From assembly GCF_000022265.1 (NCBI RefSeq), contig NC_011979.1:2910001-2942000 (forward strand): a stretch of DNA of 32,000 bases, given 5' to 3'. Shown one piece after another: positions 28,167 to 32,000 of this stretch. The DNA comes from Geotalea daltonii FRC-32 (GTDB taxonomy: Bacteria > Desulfobacterota > Desulfuromonadia > Geobacterales > Geobacteraceae). Within the stretch, counting starts at the first letter, position 1. The number at the start of each line of letters is the position of its first letter. The translations under genes were made by a program, and so were the position numbers. The notes beneath the pieces are model-generated. The model was not told the origin of the DNA and searched no databases. It saw nothing but the letters and a program-made list of their open reading frames with translations.

Positions 28167-28706
28167 TCCAGTTTTGTATCAGCTGAAAAAAAGCCCGATA
28201 TTGTCATCGGGCTTTTTTTTTATCTTGAAAGACATACAATGTAGGATGACAGAGATTTTTCAGTCTGGAACATGAACATCTATTAGTAGGAATACTTATG
28301 TCTGACAATCTTTGTGAAATGTCCTTACAGCAGACATTGTCTTTATTACACCTCACGGACCTCGCGTTGCGCGATATCTGCTGCAAAAGATTTACCCGCG
28401 ACACTCTTTACCAGGAAGTGTTGGGCAAAGTTCTAGGCGGGAAAGGCAGACGGGGGCCGGCCAGCATCTTTCTGGTTTTTCAGGATGCGAGCGGCGTTCT
28501 TCAACCCGGCCGTGTTTTTCACATGAAAGACGGTTCTTTGGTGGAGAGGTCTGATGAAATAGCTCTAGATCCGTTGTCCGGGTATGCTGTCAATCTGCTT
28601 GAAGCTCAGTCCCAGGAGGAAGTAGTTTTAGTCAACTGGGCGGACAGCTACGAGAGCATCGAAGACTTCCAGTCCTATTTCCATCCGGCAGTTAAAAATT
28701 TTATTT
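28044..28706. repeat. Tandem direct duplication, copy 1 (663 bp)
   Basis: Base-by-base visual comparison with 28707-29369 shows no difference, homopolymer runs included (A7, T9). Flanks diverge immediately (28043 g vs 28706 t; 28707 a vs 29370 c). Confidence 0.95.
28186..28221 (+). terminator. Rho-independent terminator after korC (copy 1)
   Basis: AAAAAAAGCCCGAT-ATTGTC-ATCGGGCTTTTTTTTT: 8-bp GC-rich stem flanked by A7 and T9, so potentially bidirectional. Confidence 0.85.
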
Positions 28707-28807
28707 ACCGGGGTCGTCACCAAGGAAAGTGCAGAGAAGGCAGTTCTTGCCCGTGTTCCCGAGGCATTTGTGGACCTGAACAAGAAAGCTTTCCAGATGG
28801 GTTATGA
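28298..28807 (+). pseudogene. Duplication-derived chimeric ORF: first 136 codons of the GAF-HD-GYP gene fused to the korC 3' fragment read out of frame
   Basis: 169-aa ORF. Residues 1-136 are identical to ORF 28961-30154. After junction 28706|28707 it reads YRGRHQGKCREGSSCPCSRGICGPEQESFPDGL*, an alternative frame of the korC tail. It keeps the native upstream region and RBS (AGGAA) and is followed by terminator copy 2. Confidence 0.6.
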
Positions 28808-28829
28808 CAAGGCTATTGCCGCAAAATAA
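28707..28829 (+). pseudogene. korC 3' fragment (last 40 codons + stop) without start, created by the duplication
   Basis: 123 nt identical to 28044-28166. No upstream korC sequence or start codon in this copy. Confidence 0.85.
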
Positions 28830-28848
28830 TCCAGTTTTGTATCAGCTG

Positions 28849-28884
28849 AAAAAAAGCCCGATATTGTCATCGGGCTTTTTTTTT
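28849..28884 (+). terminator. Rho-independent terminator (copy 2 of the korC terminator)
   Basis: Same hairpin and T9 as 28186-28221, shifted by 663 nt. Confidence 0.8.
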
Positions 28885-28960
28885 ATCTTGAAAGACATAC
28901 AATGTAGGATGACAGAGATTTTTCAGTCTGGAACATGAACATCTATTAGTAGGAATACTT

Positions 28961-30154
28961 ATGTCTGACAATCTTTGTGAAATGTCCTTACAGCAGACAT
29001 TGTCTTTATTACACCTCACGGACCTCGCGTTGCGCGATATCTGCTGCAAAAGATTTACCCGCGACACTCTTTACCAGGAAGTGTTGGGCAAAGTTCTAGG
29101 CGGGAAAGGCAGACGGGGGCCGGCCAGCATCTTTCTGGTTTTTCAGGATGCGAGCGGCGTTCTTCAACCCGGCCGTGTTTTTCACATGAAAGACGGTTCT
29201 TTGGTGGAGAGGTCTGATGAAATAGCTCTAGATCCGTTGTCCGGGTATGCTGTCAATCTGCTTGAAGCTCAGTCCCAGGAGGAAGTAGTTTTAGTCAACT
29301 GGGCGGACAGCTACGAGAGCATCGAAGACTTCCAGTCCTATTTCCATCCGGCAGTTAAAAATTTTATTTCTTCTCCAATTATCAACTTCATTATTTGCCG
29401 CATAAGCGGCGAGGTGCCGGGTGCCATTGTTGCTATCAACTACCCTGGAAAGGCGACTACTTACGACGCAGAGGTTCTCAAAAGCATGGCAGTGGTGATC
29501 GGCTCATTGCAGACCATATCGGATGAGGTACAGGAGACAGAGAAGGCATTCAGATACACAATAGAGGCCCTTGCCAGAGCCTGCGAAGCTGCCGAGGAAG
29601 ATACGGGGAAACATATCCAGAGGGTGAACCGGTATGCCGGTGCCCTTGCTGCCAACATGGGACTTCCCAACGATTTTGTGGAAACGGTTTCCTTTTCGGC
29701 GCAGATGCATGATGTGGGGAAAATCAAGATTCCGGCTTCCATTTTACTTAAAAATGGGCCTCTTGATGATGCGGAAACAGCGCTAATCCGCATGCACCCG
29801 GTCTATGGCCGGCAGATTTTAGGTGACTCGCCCAGGCTACAGGTGGCACGGGATATTGCCATTTCCCATCATGAAAACTGGGATGGCAGCGGTTATCCAA
29901 ATCGCCTTGCTGGCGAGAATATCCCGCTGGCTGGAAGAATCGTCAAGTTAGCCGATGTTTATGATGCCCTTAGATCAAACAGAAGCTACAAGACCCCTCT
30001 CACCCATCAGGCCACCCTGTCCATTTTCCGCAATGGTGATGAAAGGATCAACCCGGAGAAACACTTTGATCCTGTGCTTCTCGGGGTATTTTTCAAGATC
30101 GAGCATATCTTTGACAAGATTTATGAGAGCTTCAACGTTAATCCTGCCAATTGA
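28961..30154 (+). CDS. GAF-like sensor / HD-GYP domain cyclic-di-GMP phosphodiesterase
   Basis: 397 aa. The N-terminal ~190 aa have a GAF-like pattern (..ASIFLVFQDASGVLQPGRVFHMKDG...GAIVAINYPGKATTYDAEVLKSMAVVIGSLQTI). HD-GYP signatures are HIQRVNRYA, QMHDVGKIKIP and HHENWDGSGYP. Confidence 0.85.
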   Translation: MSDNLCEMSLQQTLSLLHLTDLALRDICCKRFTRDTLYQEVLGKVLGGKGRRGPASIFLVFQDASGVLQPGRVFHMKDGSLVERSDEIALDPLSGYAVNLLEAQSQEEVVLVNWADSYESIEDFQSYFHPAVKNFISSPIINFIICRISGEVPGAIVAINYPGKATTYDAEVLKSMAVVIGSLQTISDEVQETEKAFRYTIEALARACEAAEEDTGKHIQRVNRYAGALAANMGLPNDFVETVSFSAQMHDVGKIKIPASILLKNGPLDDAETALIRMHPVYGRQILGDSPRLQVARDIAISHHENWDGSGYPNRLAGENIPLAGRIVKLADVYDALRSNRSYKTPLTHQATLSIFRNGDERINPEKHFDPVLLGVFFKIEHIFDKIYESFNVNPAN

Positions 30155-30233
30155 TACTTTTATTTCCACCCATTTTGACATATAGTATCAACATTTTATT
30201 TCCCGGATATTCCTGCCGAAGAAGGAGCCTCGG

Positions 30234-31187
30234 ATGTTTCTCTTGCCAAAGGGAAATCCATTGTATGAAAACGTTGCTGCTGCCAAAGTCAAGCTGCCGG
30301 AAATACTGGACAAGCTGAAAAACGGCGGTTTCACTGGATATCTCAACTTTGTTTTTCCATCTTCAAACATGATTCTTTTCTTTGAGGGGGGAAAACTTAT
30401 CAGCACCATGTGTGAGCAGGGCAATACCAGATTGTCGGGCTTTGAGGCCTTAGCGGCATTGTGCAGTCATATTTTCGCTGGGGGCGGCAGCCTTTCCGTC
30501 TACAGGCTCTCCCGTGACCTGGTTATGGGACTGCACGCACTGTTGCACGGCGAAGTTCTATACAAAGGGCAGGAACTGAAACTGATCGATGTGAAGGGGC
30601 TCCTTGAAAAGATGAGGGCGCAACAGCTCAACGGCTGCCTGAGAATTTACACCGAGGACAGGTCGGCTCTCATTTTTTACAAGGAGGGGGCACCACTGGG
30701 TTTTTTCCATGATGGATCCAATGATATAGAGACCTCCGCCACCGAATCACAGAAGATTGCCGGGTTACCGGGGGCAAAGGTAGACATTCTTTCCACAAAA
30801 AGCGCAGACGAGTTGATGCTCCTTGACCTACTCGAAATGGTCAATATCGATAAAATATGGGAATCGACCAAAATCCGCCATGAGGCTCAGCTGCAGCAGC
30901 AAAACAAGGAAGCCCGTGAGCGGGACAACAGGCAACAGGATGCGAAACTGCTGGAACTGGAGGAAGATCTGAAAGAAGTCGCCGCAGCCTACCTGGGCAA
31001 AATGGGGCGGACTCTGATCGATAAGGAACTTGCGGACTGCGGCGGCAGAAGGGGCCTGCTTGATGCAGATCAGGTGGCAAAGTTCCTGGCAGGGGTGGAA
31101 AAATCATCGAAGCTGCTTACCAGTCTTTCCAAGTTGAAGGAGATGACCGATCTTTTGCGGAAGGAAATCAGCCGTCTTTCCATTTAA
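30234..31187 (+). CDS. Hypothetical protein with two tandem DUF4388/PATAN-like modules and a C-terminal coiled coil
   Basis: 317 aa. RBS GAAGGAG. LPEILDKLKNGGFTGYLNFVFPSSNMILFFEGGKLIS and IDVKGLLEKMRAQQLNGCLRIYTEDRSALIFYKEGAPLGF both follow the pattern of the N-terminus of the 17206-18963 product (LxxLLxxLxxxxxxGxLxxxxxxxxxxIxFxxGxxxx). Q/E/K-rich coiled coil at aa ~215-250. Family assignment is by eye only. Confidence 0.45.
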   Translation: MFLLPKGNPLYENVAAAKVKLPEILDKLKNGGFTGYLNFVFPSSNMILFFEGGKLISTMCEQGNTRLSGFEALAALCSHIFAGGGSLSVYRLSRDLVMGLHALLHGEVLYKGQELKLIDVKGLLEKMRAQQLNGCLRIYTEDRSALIFYKEGAPLGFFHDGSNDIETSATESQKIAGLPGAKVDILSTKSADELMLLDLLEMVNIDKIWESTKIRHEAQLQQQNKEARERDNRQQDAKLLELEEDLKEVAAAYLGKMGRTLIDKELADCGGRRGLLDADQVAKFLAGVEKSSKLLTSLSKLKEMTDLLRKEISRLSI

Positions 31188-31213
31188 TGTGACGTTTTGC
31201 AGGAGGAGCAGCA

Positions 31214-31945
31214 ATGGATTTATTTTCTAATGTCAGTACCATTTCACTGATCCAGACCGTTTTCTGGTTTCTGGCAGGCATCATCAGTTTTTACTTCAGT
31301 ATCGGCAACGCCCGCATCTGGACCAGCATTTCCCTTGGGTTTTTTCTGATCTTCATCAGTCAGGCATACATGCTCGCCCCTTGGAGTGATTATCCTCGGC
31401 TGGCTGCCATTCATTATATAATCGGCACCGTCTCCATAATGGTCATGACCCATGGCTTTCAGGAATACTATGTTTTCAGCCGGACGCTGGAGGTGGGGGG
31501 GAGCAAGGCCATGGTATACTTGACCTGTCTGGCCGTCATCCTGCTTTCGGCCGCATTCGTCTTTATAAACCCGGAACCCACCTACAACATTCTGCGTAAC
31601 ATACGCATGATCGAAAATGCCAACTGGGTCTTTCTCTCTCTCATAAATATCGACATGATCAGAAAGATATATCTGCAGGTTCGGGACTCCGTCATAGCCA
31701 ACGGCTTTATTGCCTTCGGCATCGTCTTTGTCTGCATTTTTCTCTGGAAAGGATCGGAGCTTTACCTGCAGGTGTTCTGCTGGGATAATGACTGGCACCT
31801 GTTCATGCAAAGCATCGGTGCCTATCACAACATAGACTATCCGGGTCGAGTCAACTTCTCGTTACTGGTTAACCAGGCTGCAGGCCTTCTATCGGGTCTT
31901 TCTGTGGGAGGAACCTTCATCTATCTGCTAAGGCTGTTGCGCTGA
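31214..31945 (+). CDS. Integral membrane protein (about 7 predicted TM helices), function unknown
   Basis: 243 aa. RBS GGAGGAG. Hydrophobic segments: ISLIQTVFWFLAGIISFYFSI, IWTSISLGFFLIFISQAYML, LAAIHYIIGTVSIMVMTHGF, AMVYLTCLAVILLSAAFVFI, WVFLSLINIDMI, IANGFIAFGIVFVCIFLW, AAGLLSGLSVGGTFIYLL. Starts 26 nt after the preceding gene. Confidence 0.55.
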   Translation: MDLFSNVSTISLIQTVFWFLAGIISFYFSIGNARIWTSISLGFFLIFISQAYMLAPWSDYPRLAAIHYIIGTVSIMVMTHGFQEYYVFSRTLEVGGSKAMVYLTCLAVILLSAAFVFINPEPTYNILRNIRMIENANWVFLSLINIDMIRKIYLQVRDSVIANGFIAFGIVFVCIFLWKGSELYLQVFCWDNDWHLFMQSIGAYHNIDYPGRVNFSLLVNQAAGLLSGLSVGGTFIYLLRLLR

Positions 31946-32000
31946 TAACGTTTCTGCAATTGGCTTTCCTCGGAAAAGCGTCATTATCGGCGCTTTTCTT

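Larger units (their letters stand above)
28707..29369. repeat. Tandem direct duplication, copy 2 (663 bp)
   Basis: Identical by eye to 28044-28706. Offset is exactly 663 nt (ORF pairs 28298/28961 and 28204/28867). Confidence 0.95.

Noticed and set aside
28262-28285. TGGAAC-N5-CATCT upstream of the HD-GYP gene as a possible sigma54 -24/-12 promoter.
   Set aside because: The -12 element lacks the conserved TTGC/GC dinucleotide context, so only the TGG is matched. That is not sufficient.
28204-28404. 66-aa minus-strand ORF, present twice (also 28867-29067).
   Set aside because: It is antisense to the HD-GYP gene start and runs through the terminator hairpin. Its duplication simply follows from the 663-bp repeat. 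It has no RBS and is Cys/Arg-rich.
28044-29369. Possibility that the repeat is an IS/transposon footprint, a target-site duplication or a CRISPR-like array.
   Set aside because: There are only two units, each 663 bp and made of ordinary gene sequence. There are no terminal inverted repeats, no transposase and no spacers. A TSD would be a few bp long.

Overview
Mostly core-chromosome window. Gene content and synteny suggest a Desulfuromonadales/Geobacter-type deltaproteobacterium (inference only; GC looks near 50% by eye). Left third, + strand: a type II secretion / type IV pilus-like operon. It comprises the tail of a GspE/PilB-type ATPase, PilM/N/O/P-like alignment proteins, a TPR-lipoprotein secretin with a C-terminal cohesin-like module, and two GspG-like pseudopilins. 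Next come ftsE-ftsX, a degenerate-LytM EnvC-like activator and ctpA, then a Big-domain lipoprotein with an (SP)12 linker and a secreted cohesin+dockerin protein. Middle and right: TCA-cycle genes acnB, monomeric icd, mdh and korDABC. These are interspersed with an SRPBCC-like ORF, a minus-strand DUF4388/PATAN-like regulator plus pilT pair, aspS and a LysM lipoprotein. Right end: a GAF-HD-GYP phosphodiesterase gene, a tandem DUF4388-like protein and a 7-TM protein. Three observations stand out. (1) A by-eye perfect 663-bp head-to-tail tandem duplication (28044-28706 / 28707-29369) spans the korC 3' end, its terminator, the intergenic promoter region and the first 136 codons of the HD-GYP gene, creating a self-contained chimeric ORF. 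(2) A shared palindromic motif TTGTATAC[A/T]GTAT[A/G] overlaps the predicted promoters of all three TCA transcription units (acnB, icd-mdh, korDABC). (3) A cohesin module on the secretin sits near a cohesin+dockerin protein, suggesting a secretin-anchored surface scaffold. I found no rRNA, tRNA, CRISPR array, transposase or integrase.
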